A stretch of 64,000 nucleotides of DNA, from contig JAAILG010001282.1 of NCBI GenBank assembly GCA_012026655.1, positions 1 through 64,000 of the forward strand. The letters run 5' to 3'. The position numbers and the translations under genes were made by a program. Positions 24,186 through 37,597 of the stretch are shown here, piece after piece. Each line of letters begins with the position of its first letter. The stretch's first letter is position 1. The DNA comes from Hydrolagus affinis. Its lineage: Eukaryota. The notes under the pieces are model-generated. The model made no database searches. It was not told where the DNA came from and worked only from the letters and a program-made list of their open reading frames with translations.

Positions 24186-26098
24186 GCATATGAGTGTAAA
24201 GTGTTGTGTTCTCCAAAGCTGACAGTTTCAATCCCTCAATGATTCTGACATTAGTAGTGAGCACGTTAACAAGGGCTTACTACAAGATTCTGAATTTGTT
24301 TCAGATACACCAAGGCCAGAAGACTAGAGGTCATGGGATCAGGTTGCAAGCTGTTGTTATGGATTAATTCGAGAAACTACTTGATGCTTTATTTTGATCA
24401 GACGGGTATGTGACACGTGTTATAATACTCGTCATGATAACAACAACAACAAAATTACACGAGAATAGCACCTTTCACGTCAGGAGGACATCACAAGGCG
24501 CTGGTGATAAGCCAGAATGAGAGAGTTTCATAGATGCCACCTACACATGGAAATTCCCCAGTGTCTCGAATGGGACTCATCTGGTTTACATAAATCTGGG
24601 TAGTAATAGATGCAGGTTGGCAAGAGCCAAAGCTTGGGGAAGCTGCAGCATACGTTGGGGGTACTGCTGGAGTCTAATCAGTTAAATCAATGTAACTTAC
24701 TATTCAAAATACTGTCTGGCAAGTTTTCCTGCTGCTTATCCAGCTAGGACCACCCTATCCATTAGGGCTTTGGCTTGCAGGCTTAACAAGAGCTGAGTAG
24801 GAAACATCCCTGCTGATTTACTGTCACAGAAGGAGGTGAACGTGAAACATATTCTGGAAGCAGGAAGCAGATATTCTAGAAGGATGAAATCAAGTTGGGC
24901 AATATTGCTTTTGATTCTCTTTCACTTAAACCTATCTTATGAACCTCTCAATCCTTTCATTTTGCCTTCACCAACAGTGGAACATGCTCCTTGTTTAGCT
25001 ATGTATAGTGAACGGAGTAGAAACTGTCACAAAAGGACTATGCGTCGTTACATTTTAAAAAAAATCTTTATTCTAAACAAAATGTTCAGGACAACGTTCA
25101 GTTAAATCCGGTTACAAATGTGCCTTTAGCTTCTTGCACTCTTGTATTCACACTGTAACACTGTTGAGATAAACGCAACGCAATATTGTCTCAGTGCGAC
25201 ACGGAGTGACTGAAACAGTGATTGAGTAACAAATGAAGGGCAGTCTTGTCCTTCAACCCAGCTGCCAATCCAGAGATTCCAGGGTATCCAGAGGGGTAAC
25301 CTTTACTCTGTAATATCCATCAAAATGTAAGAGGCCATTGTCTTTCCAGTTCTCTTGGTTTACTTTGAGCAGCAGGTCAGTGGAAAAGGTTATCTTTTGC
25401 AACTATCTATATTATATATATTATATATTTTTCTGGTCTAATTTGAAGGACAGCATCTCCAACAAAGCCAGAAACAAATACATTAGTGCTTTATTTAGGT
25501 TAATACATTTCTGGTTGGGAATTTACAGCTAATTCTAGACTTTTTTTTATATAGCATTTGAAGGTGTGCAGAATTTAATAAATACTTAAATTCAGTCTTA
25601 ATTTTGAAACTATTTCTTTTGTAGATTCTTTTAAGATCTCAAAACTAAACCCGAAATTAAGCAAAGTTCTGCACCCTTTAAAATGCTAAGAAAATGGTAT
25701 AAATCTAGACCTAGGTAGAATTTTTCCCCACTGAAGGAGATTAGAACCAGTAAGGATCAAGGAATTGATTGTAATTTAAAGCACTTTGCTTGACCAGAAT
25801 TGTGAACTTATTGGGAAATTGTTCTGTTCTATGTTGGGATTTAAGTTTCCATTTTTAAAACAATGTGGTTAGTCAATTGTCTGACACAGTGTAAACCCAA
25901 TACAGTACCATGTTTTACAGTACAGTATTCAAACCAAACTGAGACGTTATTTAAACAATGATTAATAACAATATTAATCATCACTGCATTTTCTATAGTG
26001 TTTTATCATGTCACCAAGATGTCTCAATATACTTTATGAGATGTACTGTAAAGTGGTTTGACTGTGCATTTTGCAGGCAAACACGATTGCCGATGACT

Positions 26099-26423
26099 TA
26101 ATAATAATAATAATAATCGTTGCATTTGATATGCCGCTTTCACATCTTATCAATGTCTCAAAGCACCTCACAGAATATACTGTAAAGTGAATTGACTGTA
26201 TATGTGTGGGCGAAACACAGCAGCCAATTGTGCACAGCAGTGTTCCATAAACAGTTGTGGATTGAAATGACCAATTTTATTATTGTGTTTTTTTTGGACG
26301 GATTATTATTAGGCGTGTGGAGTAAGGAAACCTGCCCAAAGTTTCACCCTGACCTGTCTGGATTCAAACACAGGTCTCACGCTAGTAAGGCGAGTGCTCT
26401 AACCAATGAGCTACAGGAACTTC
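26099..26423 (-). mobile_element. tRNA-headed Deu-type SINE, short form, full length
   Basis: Reverse complement matches 11408-11723, including the GTCAGGGTGAAAC segment. Confidence 0.92.
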
Positions 26424-27607
26424 ACTAGGGCAGGCGTTGTAGAGCTGGACCCTTCAAGGAATCTATGTAACAATGGTATTTTGTACCATTATTATAGAAG
26501 GTACGGTATCGATGCTTTAGCATCATCTACACACCTTAATTGAGCTTTGTTCTCAGTAACTCTTTGCATATCTCATCAGGTTCTCAACATGATGTCAAAA
26601 ACGATAACCGGAAATGAGCTAACAAAATAAAAGGATGTTGGCAATCATTATAAATCTTTGCAGTTGTTTTATTTATTTTTAAAAAGGCTGTGTGCCATCC
26701 ATTCTTAAGATAGAGTTTAACAAGGAAACTCTGCTGTAATTCAAAACTGCTACAACCCAGAGCATTTTGTCCATGGCTTTTCCTGAAACATACAAATCCT
26801 GAAACATTTTACTGCTGGAAGACAGTGCAACATAACAGTATTTTAGCCTTTACGCATTAGTGCTGACCACTGTTGGAACTACAATTATTATGACAGGTTA
26901 AATTGCTGGGAAAAGGTCATAGCTTGCATCCATACAAAGAAAACCTTACTCAGGTCTGCATTATTTATTGAGAGAAAATATATTATATTGATTTTAGATA
27001 AGAAAAGTATATGTGATACTGTTAAGGAACTGACAACATCATACATAAACTTTAAAGCACATAATGTCAGGCCATAATATTTTGCAGACATAACTAAAAT
27101 TCAAACCATTATTGAATTGCCTATTATGCTTGCAGCAACCAATTAAGAGACTAGTAATCTTGCACAGCTATAATCGAGATGATGTAAATACCAAGACAGC
27201 AGGTTCTAAAATATTGGAATTGATTTCCGGTCACTAGCCATTCATTAATAATCACATGCTTAGTCATTCAGTCACATCGAAATGCTTCACCAAAAATCCT
27301 ACTGGCTTTTCAACTTGTTGTGCAAGATTCAATTAGATAATTTATGACCTAGTAAAACCAGTTAGAGGAACGCGTTTGTGCATTAGATCTTCTTAGATTG
27401 GATTCAAATATTAAATAGATCCAGACTAAGTTAAGTTAGTTGCTCCATGGTGATAATATAGGGATTTGATTAGAAAAATCTGGGATGCACAGTGTGAAGG
27501 AATGGAATTGCTTGAATTGTTTGTTGTTTTGGGGTCTTTTGTGTTACTTAAGGTAAAGGATGTTAGTGTTGTAAATTGGAAAATTTTCACTTGATAGATG
27601 TTGTTTT

Positions 27608-27970
27608 GTGCAGCTTAGTGATTAAAGCACTCACCTCGCAAGTAAGAGGAACTGGTTTGATTCCCGGACAGGGCGAAACCTTAGGCAACTTTCCTTATTC
27701 CACGTACTTCCGGTGACCTAGCAGTAAGTGAAAACCCGGTTGTTAGTCAATTGATAGATCACTTTCTGAGGATAATAATCCTTTCAAAGTAAAACAATAA
27801 TTTGGGCACTCAATCCAGGACTGTTTGCATGACAATGCTGTGCGCAATTGATTGCTGCGTTTTGCCAACAAAATATACAGTCAATTCACTGTACAATAAA
27901 TTCTTTGAAACAATTTCAGAATTCTAAATGATATGATACTGTATCAAATACAAGGATTATTATTGTTATT
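27608..27970 (+). mobile_element. tRNA-headed Deu-type SINE, long form
   Basis: GCAGCTTAGTGATTAAAGCAC head, GACCTAGCAGTAAGTGAAAACCCGGTTGTTAGTC module, shared 3' body and tail. Confidence 0.88.
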
Positions 27971-28407
27971 ATTGTTATTGCTGTCATTATTACTATTATT
28001 ATATGACAGATGTCTGGTCTTAACTGTCATAATTAATTGCAGTGCAACTGCCCTTTCTTTTCTTTAAACAAAATGTTAGACCTTCATGGTTCGCTAGGTT
28101 AGATTATGTCTTGGTTCTGTCCAGGAGAGCTAATATAGATAATAGTGTCGAGTAACCTACTCTAGGTTATATGCAGGAGAGCTAATAGAGGTGTTATTTA
28201 TATGTGGAACAGCAGAAGCTAGGTTTTAGCTTTGTGGCATGGCATGGCAACAATTCCCCAAATAAAATTGGTCACTCACTCTGTGACTTTTGTGGGAAGT
28301 TGTTGTCGCATTTCCCCCAAAAAATTCAGTCAATCACTTTACAGTATATCCTGTGATTTGAGACATCTCAATGGTGTGATAAGGCACCATGTCAAATGAG
28401 CATTATT

Positions 28408-28712
28408 ATTAATAATAATAATCCTTGCATTCGATACATAGTGCCTTTCACATCTTTTAGACATCTCAAAGCGCTTCACAGAATATACTGTAAAGTTTAG
28501 TGACTGTATAATTGTAGGTGAAATTCGGCAGCCAATTGCTCATAGCAGTGCCCACAAACAGTTATAAAGTGACCAATTTATTATTTTTTTCTTGAAAGAT
28601 TATTATCAGGCATTTGTGTGAAGTAAGGAAACTTGCCCAAGGTTTTGCTTGCCCTGCTGGGAATTGAACTAGGTCCCTTGATTGTGAGGCGAGTGTTCTA
28701 ACAGCTGAGCTC
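28408..28712 (-). mobile_element. tRNA-headed Deu-type SINE, short form, tail-to-tail with a + strand SINE 3' part (28250-28408)
   Basis: AATAATAATCCTTGCATT...AAGGAAACTTGCCCAAGG...GGAATTGAAC...CTGAGCT. Confidence 0.88.
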
Positions 28713-29804
28713 CACTGAAGCTCAGTGTAGCTTAGTTCATAACATTGTTAATGTCCACACCAGCACACTGTATATTATAATAATTATAAGAATGAAACCT
28801 GACTCTTGCGGGCAATGACTTTCCGGGCAATGAGTACTGGACAATGTCATTAACACAACTTACCTTGTGCTCAAATGTAGTTTCTTCTTCTATGGAATAC
28901 AACCAACGTAGTTTACAACACAAATGTACAAGAGTTGACACTGAGGTGCACTCTAGGAAGCGTTGAACAGTTTCTGCTCAGAAGGTTACAGATACTTGCT
29001 CCCACTGGAACATTTTTGAATTTAAGACAGCTGGAGATACATTTCAAAGCATTTTAGAATCATTTGTAGATGTGGCACATTTCCCCTAAATGGAACTCTC
29101 AGGGCTTAAAAGGACTTTTGGCAAGTATTTTATGAGAGAATTGTCCCCTGTACCAATGGTCTCATAGATATAGGGAAATCTAGGCCCCTAGATTTCAGTG
29201 GAGTGGATTAAACAGTGTTCATATATGTCAGTTCGTAAACCACAGTTACTGCATCGATTGTGGCCAGTTGAGATATTTATATTTGAAGAACATCACAACA
29301 CATAAAAATGAGACTGCTTCATTCATTAGCAGCTAGAACTGATTTTTTAATTGATTCACTGATGTTTAGATTGTCGCACTGGGAATATAATTTTCACACT
29401 CTCTTCACCACTAGCCATTTAAATCAGCATTATGGCATTAAAATACATCATTACATTAAAAATAAAGGAAATCTGAAAAATAAAGATCAAAAACAGATGG
29501 TCCTTGGATGAAAACAGACTTCTTTTAATACTGAGAAAGACAACTGAGATTGAACAGCATCGCATCTCATCAATCCTGGCATTCAGCCAATATGTGTTCA
29601 ATGAAGGTTATATTACATTGTGTAGAAGACTCTCCTTAAACAGTATGATTCTTCCAGCTATGTTTTTATGTGAGGAAATAAAACCTCTTGGGGGTTATTT
29701 TTGGGGAAAGAGGAAGAGAAGAGGAATACCTATCCAAAAACAGAAACAAGAATATAAGTGCATTTTTTATTTCCTGGAACAATTTTAGGAATATTTAAAT
29801 TGTT

Positions 29805-30113
29805 TCCTGAGTGAGGTGAAACCTTGGGAAAGTTTCCTTTCTCCACACGCTTATGTTTACCAATCAGTAAGCAGGAACCCGGTTGTTAGTCAATCAGCAG
29901 ATCACTTTTTGGATGATAATAATGGCTTGAAAAAATAATACTGCAGTAATTTGGTCACTTGATGCACAACTATTTGTAGGACACTACTGTGTGCATTTGG
30001 CTGCCATAATTCAACCACAAAATATACAGTTAATTCACTTTACAGTATATATTATGTGAAGCGTTTTGAGACTGTGACAAGGCACTATATCAAATCTAAA
30101 GATTATTATTATT
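29805..30113 (+). mobile_element. 5'-truncated long-form SINE
   Basis: GAAACCTTGGGAAAGTTTCCTTTCTCCACACGC plus the GGAACCCGGTTGTTAGTCAATC module and tail. Confidence 0.85.
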
Positions 30114-30594
30114 GTTGCATTGTTTGGGGAATGAGTAGCATGCATAATAGTTGCCCAGCACTGCAGTGGATGCTGATGTTTATATCGCCAGGAAACTTGA
30201 TTTTAGAAGATACCATAAGTGGTTAAATTGGTTACACCATTTGTGGTCAGGAGTGATATTAAAATTACAAAGGCAATTTTGTTCTATATGATGATTTAAA
30301 AAAAAGCTTTATGTTTTTGTTCCTACATTCTGAATTGTAAGTGGCAGGGTCAAGTGACTGAGCTCATCTGCAGCATTTTTTGCGTCAGTTTTCAGATGCT
30401 TTGTAAATCGACAAATACCGTAGCCAACGGAGAGAATTCTGTGTGCAGGGATCTGAGAAGGAAGGTGGCTTGGAGAGAATCCACTGCTGAGAGAAAGAAG
30501 GAAAGAGAGCGATAGAGAGAGAGAGATTAACTGCTGGAGTAACTTGTGGGTGAGATGTTGGAGTGCTTGAGGATTTCTTCAGGACTTTGAACAA

Positions 30595-30940
30595 ATGCTC
30601 CAGGGCAATGCTGGGGTAGTGATGCTTTGTCAGAGTTGCTGTTCTTCAAATTGGACCTTAAAGCAGGTCCTGTCTGCCAGTTCAGGTGGATGAGAAAGAT
30701 CCCAAAGCACTATTGAGAAAGAGAAAGGAATTTCTCAGAGTCTTGGCCAACAATGCCCCAAATACAATTTGCCATTCACTTCATGGCTGGTTGTGGGACA
30801 TGGCTGTGTCCAACTTGGCTGAATGTGTTGATCTACAAAAAGTACAGTCAATACACTTTACAGTATATCATGTGAAGCAATTGGAGCCATTCTCTCATTG
30901 TGAAAGACACTATATCAAGTACTGTGTCAAGATTATTATT
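30595..30940 (+). mobile_element. SacSINE1-like Deu-SINE, headless
   Basis: CAGGTGGATGAGAAAGATCCCAAAGCACTATT...TCTTGGCCAACAAT...TGTGGGACATGGCTGTG. Confidence 0.7.
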
Positions 30941-31696
30941 TTCTATTGTAGCTTCCCTGTCGCTCTTCGTACCTGTGGTATTCCACCGTAAATCCTGTGT
31001 AAATTGTCGCGTATCTACATGAATGGAATTATTCCCAATGACCGGTGAGAAGAAATCATTGAGACACACAAGGCCATGATGTTTTACATCTAAATAATAC
31101 CCTGTCTTCAAATTCACACAGTTAGCTAGCATGACACATTCACAGTAACTATTACTCTAGTTGTTGAAGGACAGTTTGACTTTTTGGCTGGTCATAAATA
31201 ATAATAACCCTTGCATTTGATATAGTGACAGTAATGCTGTTTAGATGACTCGAAGTGCTTCACAGAATGTCCTATCAAGTGGATTTATTGTATATTATTG
31301 TTGTGGGCCAAACTGCTTCCTCATACTTAGCACAATTGGCAATTGTGCACAGGAGTGTCCCACAAACAGTTGTGGATATGATAATTAGCACCAGTACTAA
31401 ATATGATATTTTATGTAATAATTAGTACTGATATTAATTAATCATATTGTGTGATTTTTCTATTGCTGGTGTTCTCCCAATCCATAACAGCCACAGGCTT
31501 AGGGAATATGGTTGGGTCCAACGCTGCTTGTGACAGCCAATGAGCCAAACCATGACACCTTTGACCCTGTTATCCCTCAGCATTTCACAACCGGTTCACG
31601 GAACGTCAACTTAACTCAGCTTTACACATTTCATAAAAATCTCATGCCTGAGGAGGCAGACTTTCTTTGTTGGTTGCAGGTTTGCAGTTCCCCTGC

Positions 31697-31992
31697 AGCC
31701 AAGTGGCCACTATTCATGGAAGAACCTAGGCAGTGAGTGTCAGCAAGTGATTCACCTCTGGGAGCAATGTAGCTGAGCACAATCCTGATCTCACCCAATG
31801 TCTTCACATGCATACTTTCCGGTAGGGATCACTAGATCCCAAACAACAGTGGGAATGCTGATATTTCCTCCTCTGCCTAGCCCAGGGAGGTTGAGGCCAA
31901 TTGTGGCTCCTCAATTGTTGCCCTGGCTACAGTCAGCTAACTCAGCGCAGAGTACTGGGATTTGAACCCACAACTTGGTCTGCACGACACCA
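31697..31992 (-). mobile_element. AmnSINE2-like ancient SINE
   Basis: The rc contains GGTTCAAATCCC, GCTGAGTTAGCTGA, ACAATTGGCCTCA, CCCTGGGCTAGG, GGTGAGATCAGGAT, GACACTCACTG and GTGGCCACTTGG, in the order of the AmnSINE2 consensus as recalled. Confidence 0.7.
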
Positions 31993-33044
31993 CTGGAGGA
32001 GCCAGACGTAACACTTGCAACACTTAATGAGTATGCCCAGTGTTTATAAAGGAGAAACAAGCAGCAAGCTGTCACACTGGATCTTATTGTCTCACCACAA
32101 TGGCACTCTGGCTATAAAATACATGAGATGATATTACGTACAGTAACAAATTACCCTATGATCACAGTTCACACAGATTCTTATGTGTCTGCCTCCACTC
32201 AGTCCAATCTGGCACTGATTTATGTAGCTATCATATGTACATGGATTAGTAGCAAATGGGCACCGGTTTAGTTGTGGTGTCCCAAGCAGATGATGACGGG
32301 TTTGACACTCAGGTCTGCCTTTCCCCCGGAGGAGCTCTCTGCTTCCTCATGCTTAGCACAGCTTTAGTCATGTGCAGCTTGTGAAGGCAAGACAGAGGTC
32401 ATCTGAATATCCTGGTATTCAGCAAGCTAGAGCTGTAAGAACTGATGTAGTCATTGATTTAAAAGTCAACTTAAAATCTAAATATTTGTTTTCACAAAAA
32501 AGTGCGGATACATGTTGGCAGAAATTGATCCAGTTAGAGCAAGGTCAACTATTTTTATTATTATTAATAATAATCTTTACATTTGGTATAGAGGCCTTCA
32601 CGTCACAGGATTTAATTTAAACAACAACAAAATTACATTTATAGAGCGCTTTTCATGCCGATTGGACGTCCCAAAGCGCTGTCCCAAGGAGTAAGGACCT
32701 GAGCAAGAGGGAGGAGGAGAGGAAGGAGGGAGAGAGCTGGCAGGGTCGGCATGATCGAACAATGCGGATACTATCCTGCGCAAAAGGTGCTATATAAATG
32801 CAAGTTGTTGCTGTTGTTGGTTTGTGGAACTGATTATTGTACCTACAAATATCAGTGACTACATGTCTCAGTGAAATTTCTGTGAAGCACTTTGAGATGT
32901 TTTGATAATATTAGGTGCTATATCAAATGCAAGGATTAGTGTTGCTATTACATTACACAGTACAGTATATACATCTACATTATGTATTATCTTCCTGTTA
33001 TATATGAGGATTGGTTTGTCAGTCAGGTGAAATCTTTATACTTT

Positions 33045-34205
33045 GACTACCCTATCCTCCTCTGCCGCTTCTCGTCCCACCTCAACCTTCATGATTCTAT
33101 CCTTGAATGCTACAGATCCTACCGCTCACACTATCTCCACAAACTGTTTCTCTCACCCTGCACCAACCCATGCAGCGGTCCTCAGGGCTCTGTCCTTGGT
33201 CCCCTCCTTTTCAATATCTATATGCTCCTGCTTTGACATCATCCGCAGACATGGGGTCAACTTCCACATGTATATGGATGACACCCAATTCTATCTATCT
33301 GCCTCCACCTTTGATTTCAGGACTGCTACTGTCCTTACAGAATGTCTGTCAGGCATGAAGTCCTGGATGAGAGCAAACTTTCAACAGCTGAATGTCAACA
33401 AGACCGAGCCCCTCCTAATTGGCTCTGGTCAGCGCCTTCACACCTCAGGCAGTGACGGCATCACCATCCAAGGATGCATACTCCAACTCACCGAGCCAGT
33501 CCAGAAACTAGGCATCTTGTTTGATCCTCCACTGTCCTTTCGATCATGCCATGACCTGCTCTGCCTTTCCCCACCTCTACAACATTGCCCGACTCCACCA
33601 CTGTCTCACAGCACAGGCCACCGAGACATCATACACGCATTCATTAACATTTAGGCTCAACTACTCAAACTCCCGTTGAAGGCTTGTCGACCTCTCCAAC
33701 TTCTCCCTCCATAGGTTACAGATCATCTAGACCTCTACAGACCATGTCCTCTCCTGCACCACGCTCCTTGACCCTATCAACCCCATCCTGGCCCGAGTCC
33801 ACTGGTTTCCCATCACAGAGGATACAGTAGCAAGATCTTGGTCCTCACTTTTAAAGTCCCCCCTTACCTCTGCGACCCCCTAATCCCCATGTCAATCTGC
33901 CAGCTCCGTGTGCTCAGTGGACTCTGGCTTGCTTCAAATCCCCGCCTTGCCCACCCCATTGACAGGTGGGCCTTTAACCACTCTGCCTCCACCCTCTGGA
34001 AGGTGATTTTTCAGTCCCTTCATTTTCCCCCAACCTTGCCTCCTTCAATATCCATCTCAAAACCCTCCTCTTCAACCATGCCTTCAGTTACCCTCCTTCC
34101 CCCACCTCCCCTGTCCTCCACCCTTCCAGATCCCGAATCCCAGCTTGGATCTGAAATACTGTTTGTTCAGCACCTTTAGACGTTCTCCTGATATGAAAGG
34201 CCTTA
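33045..34205 (+). mobile_element. 5'-truncated L2 LINE (RT to tail), frameshifted
   Basis: Peptides [16 protein letters not shown] and [22 protein letters not shown]...WMRANFQQLNVNKTE...LGILFD; L2 tail at the end. Confidence 0.92.
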
Positions 34206-34229
34206 GTCAAATATAATGAGTTGTTGTTG

Positions 34230-34845
34230 CATTCTCTTTGGCCTCTCTCATTAATGCCTTCATTACATCACTCGATTGTGCCAACGCCTTGCTTGTTGGC
34301 CTTCCCAACTCCTCCTTCCATCGGCTGCAGATCATCCAGAACTCTGCAGCCTGTGTCCTCTATCACTCTAAGCTCTGTGACCCCAACTCTTCCATTCTCT
34401 CCTGACTCCATTGGCTCCCCATCACTCAGTGGATTCAATTCAAGATCCTGGTCCTCACCTTCAAATTCCTCCACGGCCTTGCCCCATCCTATCTCTGAGA
34501 CCTCCTAACCCCCTACCAACCTGCCCATTCCATCCACTCAGCAAGCTCCAGTCTGCTCCATGTCCCCCGACTCACCTGATCCATGATTGGCAGATGAGCC
34601 TTCAGCCATTCTACCCCTAACCTCTGGAATTCCATCCCACAGTCCCTCCGCCTCGCCCCCTCCCTAGCCTCCTTTGAGTCCCGCCTCAAGATCCTCCTCT
34701 TTGATGGTCCCATTGGTCACCCTAAATACCCCACTTTCCCTCCAAAGCTGGGGTCCAAAATATTGACTGTCCAACGTCTTGGGATGTCCTCTCAATGTGA
34801 AAGGTGCTACTACATTTGAATACAAATGTAATTTTGTTGTTATTG
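34230..34845 (+). mobile_element. Second L2 3' fragment in tandem
   Basis: ATTAATGCCTTCATTACATCAC...CTCCATTGGCTCCCC...TTCAAGATCCTGGTCCTCACCTTC, ending GTGAAAGGTGCT...AAATGTAATTTTGTTGTT. Confidence 0.9.
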
Positions 34846-35619
34846 TTCGTTTTATAGCATGTAACAGGGATTTGGGAATGAACGGTTACATGTACCAATG
34901 CATGAAATATGCTACAAAAAGATGCTATTGCTCATTACTCTCTAAGAATGTTGTTCCTAATTTCATGCCCCAGGACATACGATGTTACCCAATTTTATTC
35001 AATGAAGTGAACTGTTGTTTTGTGCTGCTGAATTGAGAGCGAATGATCTGATTAGAATGCGTTTCCACTGCATTTCGACTTCACAACGTGTCAAGCAGGA
35101 AATTACTTCACACAACACATTAAAAATATGGACCCTTGGAGATACAATGAGGCAGCACATTGGAGCACTGGAGGTGGACACCAGGGAATGCAGGATGGAG
35201 GTTCAAATGCTCAGTTCCTTAGTTCCAATGTGGCCTCTGCACATAGGATGCAAAAAGAAGCACATGTATCTCAGATTGGCACTGACATCAGCAGTAGTTC
35301 CGTACCTTCATACTGCCCTGCATACGTAAGAGTAAAGGCTACCGCTGAGTGCAATGAGCCCACAGGAGCTGATTGCATTTACATAGCCCCGAGCATTATT
35401 CCTTCCACTGGGAGAGTGCCAGATGCGACAAAGATACAACCAGCACAGAGACATTTGAAAAGAGAGGGTAAATATGGTAGCAAACCATACTGAACACACA
35501 GTAATAACACCACTTAACAAATTGCGTACACTTTAGCTTGCACTCTGTTATTCTTTAGTAGTCATTGTCTCGTAATATCATAATTTAGTGAATACCCTAA
35601 TTTTTACCCCAGTAGGAAA

Positions 35620-35835
35620 ATAATAATAATGTGCCTTGCATTTGATATAGTGCCTCATCACATTGTCATAACATCACAGGATAGCGCTTCACTGTAAAGT
35701 ATTGGAGCTCTGTATATTTTGTGGGCAAATGCAAAAGCCAATTTGCACACGGAAATGTCCGATGGAGGGAGTGATCAATTTTATTTGGGGGTTTGTTGGC
35801 CAGGATACTGAGGGAAACTCCTTTCTCTTTTCAGA
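35620..35835 (-). mobile_element. Deu-SINE 3' part
   Basis: (AAT)n tail to TGTTGGCCAGGATACTGAGGGAAACTCC (rc of the Deu core). Confidence 0.7.
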
Positions 35836-35916
35836 TAGGAGCATCAGATTTTCAGAGGATGCTTGTGGGGAGGTGTCCATAAGCATGGTCGAAGAGGAAC
35901 CCATAACCATCACCCA

Positions 35917-36125
35917 TCAACAACAACAAGAACAAAATTACATCTATAGAGTGCCTTTCACGTCGGGAGGACGTCCCAAGGTGCAGAACAGTCAGGTCGG
36001 GACCCGAGTTAAGAGGATTCAAACCAAGCTGAGATTTCCATACACCCCACCTACTCAGCGCCTTGGGACATCCTCCCGACATGAAAGGCGCACTATAAAT
36101 GTAATTTTGTTGTTGTTGTTGTTGT
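35917..36125. repeat. Head-to-head inverted pair of L2 tails (about 70-bp arms, about 65-bp spacer)
   Basis: (CAA)n AAAATTACATCTATAGAGTGCCTTTCACGTCGGGAGGACGTCCCAAGG ... CCTTGGGACATCCTCCCGACATGAAAGGCGCACTATAAATGTAATTTT(GTT)n. Confidence 0.9.
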
Positions 36126-36959
36126 ACACATGGGAATTCCAGAGATAGATTGTAGGAATTAAATGCACACTCTCTCCCAGAAGAGACACATCCTGCTTAC
36201 CTAATTCCGGAAAGTATTAGGCACAGGTTTGCAAGGCTTGGGGACTCCAGAGAATTACAGTACAGTATACAATAACATTGTTTTGATAGTCAAAATGCAA
36301 CATATTGAGAATGATGTGTTTTACTTGCATGACTTATCGCTCATTGGGATACACTGAAATTTCCTAAATGTTACGATTCTTTGGTTAACAATTTTGTTTG
36401 CAGATGATCAGGAGAAAAATGAACATAAAGTGAAGAACCCGGTGTAAAATGGAGTTGCTTTTGTGTGGTCAGTTGGATATTTAACAACAACAACAACAAC
36501 AGCAAAATTACATATAGCGCCTTTCAAGTCGGGAGGACATGACATGTGGAAACCTAAAGCCATGCTTAAAGGGTATCCAAACCAGATTGAGAGGTCCACA
36601 TTCTGGAGGTGGTGAGTGTAAGGATTGGTTATATCACAGATGAACAGGACCACATTTCTGTTGTATTTGGCAGGATGATCAGTGAAAGGGGGCGTGGGTT
36701 GTGTGGAGAAGAACAGGAGGAGAAAGTCATTTTTTAAATGGGAACTTTAAAGGGGAAATCAATTGACTGCAATTAATTTGAGCTGTGTTTCACCTAATTA
36801 TTCTAGCGATTTTCTGACAATCGCTCCAAGTTAGCAGAAATCTCCTTGAATATGCTTTAGTGGCTGATTCCATAGCATGTTGGCAAGGAGCCCAGGACCA
36901 GTGGTGCTGCCCTCTCTCCGAGGCGTGTACATGATGGGGGACACTTGGGAAGAATGCCA

Positions 36960-37215
36960 GGCTTACAAGCCTGACTCCGAGCAGAGGGGAGGTACAATCG
37001 AAGAGGAAAGTTTTCAGGTGGGACTTGAAAGAGAGAGGCGGCAAGGCAGAAGGATTAATTAAGAGTATTTCAGAGTTTGAGATGTAATGGCTGAAAATGT
37101 GACCTCTGATAGTGGGGCAGGGGTGCGAGTCGAGCAGAGGCACTGGGTGGTGGATTGGGGAGTGAGGGGGTCAGAGAGGTAGATACCAGAGAGTGAATGG
37201 ATTGCACCAGTGTTT
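36960..37215 (-). mobile_element. L2 3' fragment
   Basis: CAATCGAAGAGGAAAGTTTTCAGGTGGGACTTGAAAG...GGGGGTCAGAGAGGTAGAT is the rc of the L2 3' region. Confidence 0.65.
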
Positions 37216-37287
37216 ATATATCACATGAACCTCCACCTCTCCTAATTCTTTCTCCCATATCTGTCTATTCCCTTTTCTATCTTGTAT

Positions 37288-37597
37288 TGTTAGAGCACTC
37301 GCCTTACAAGCGTGAGACCTATGTTTGAATCCAGGCAGATCAGGGTGAAACCTTGGGCAAGTTTCCTTACTCCACATGCCTAATAATAATCTGTCCAAAA
37401 AAACCACAGTAATAAAAAAAATTGGTCATTTCAATCCACAACTGTATGTGGGACACTGCTGTACGCAATTGGCTGCAGCATTTCGCCCACAAATATAGTC
37501 AATTCATTTTACAGTATATTCTGTGAAGCACTTTGAGACTTCGATAAGATGTGAAAAGTGCTATATAAAATGCAAGGATTATTATTCTTATTATTAT
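37288..37597 (+). mobile_element. tRNA-headed Deu-type SINE, short form, slightly 5'-truncated
   Basis: GTTAGAGCACTCGCCTTACAAGCGTGAGACC...AAATGCAAGGATTATTATT. Confidence 0.92.

Noticed and set aside
33043-33654. 203-aa ORF with a YMDD motif as a functional reverse transcriptase or retron-like gene
   Set aside because: It is a frameshifted internal piece of a 5'-truncated L2; the upstream PQGSVLGP motif lies in another frame.
35128-35493. 121-aa ORF in non-repetitive sequence
   Set aside because: No recognisable motif or convincing splice context; the length is compatible with chance.
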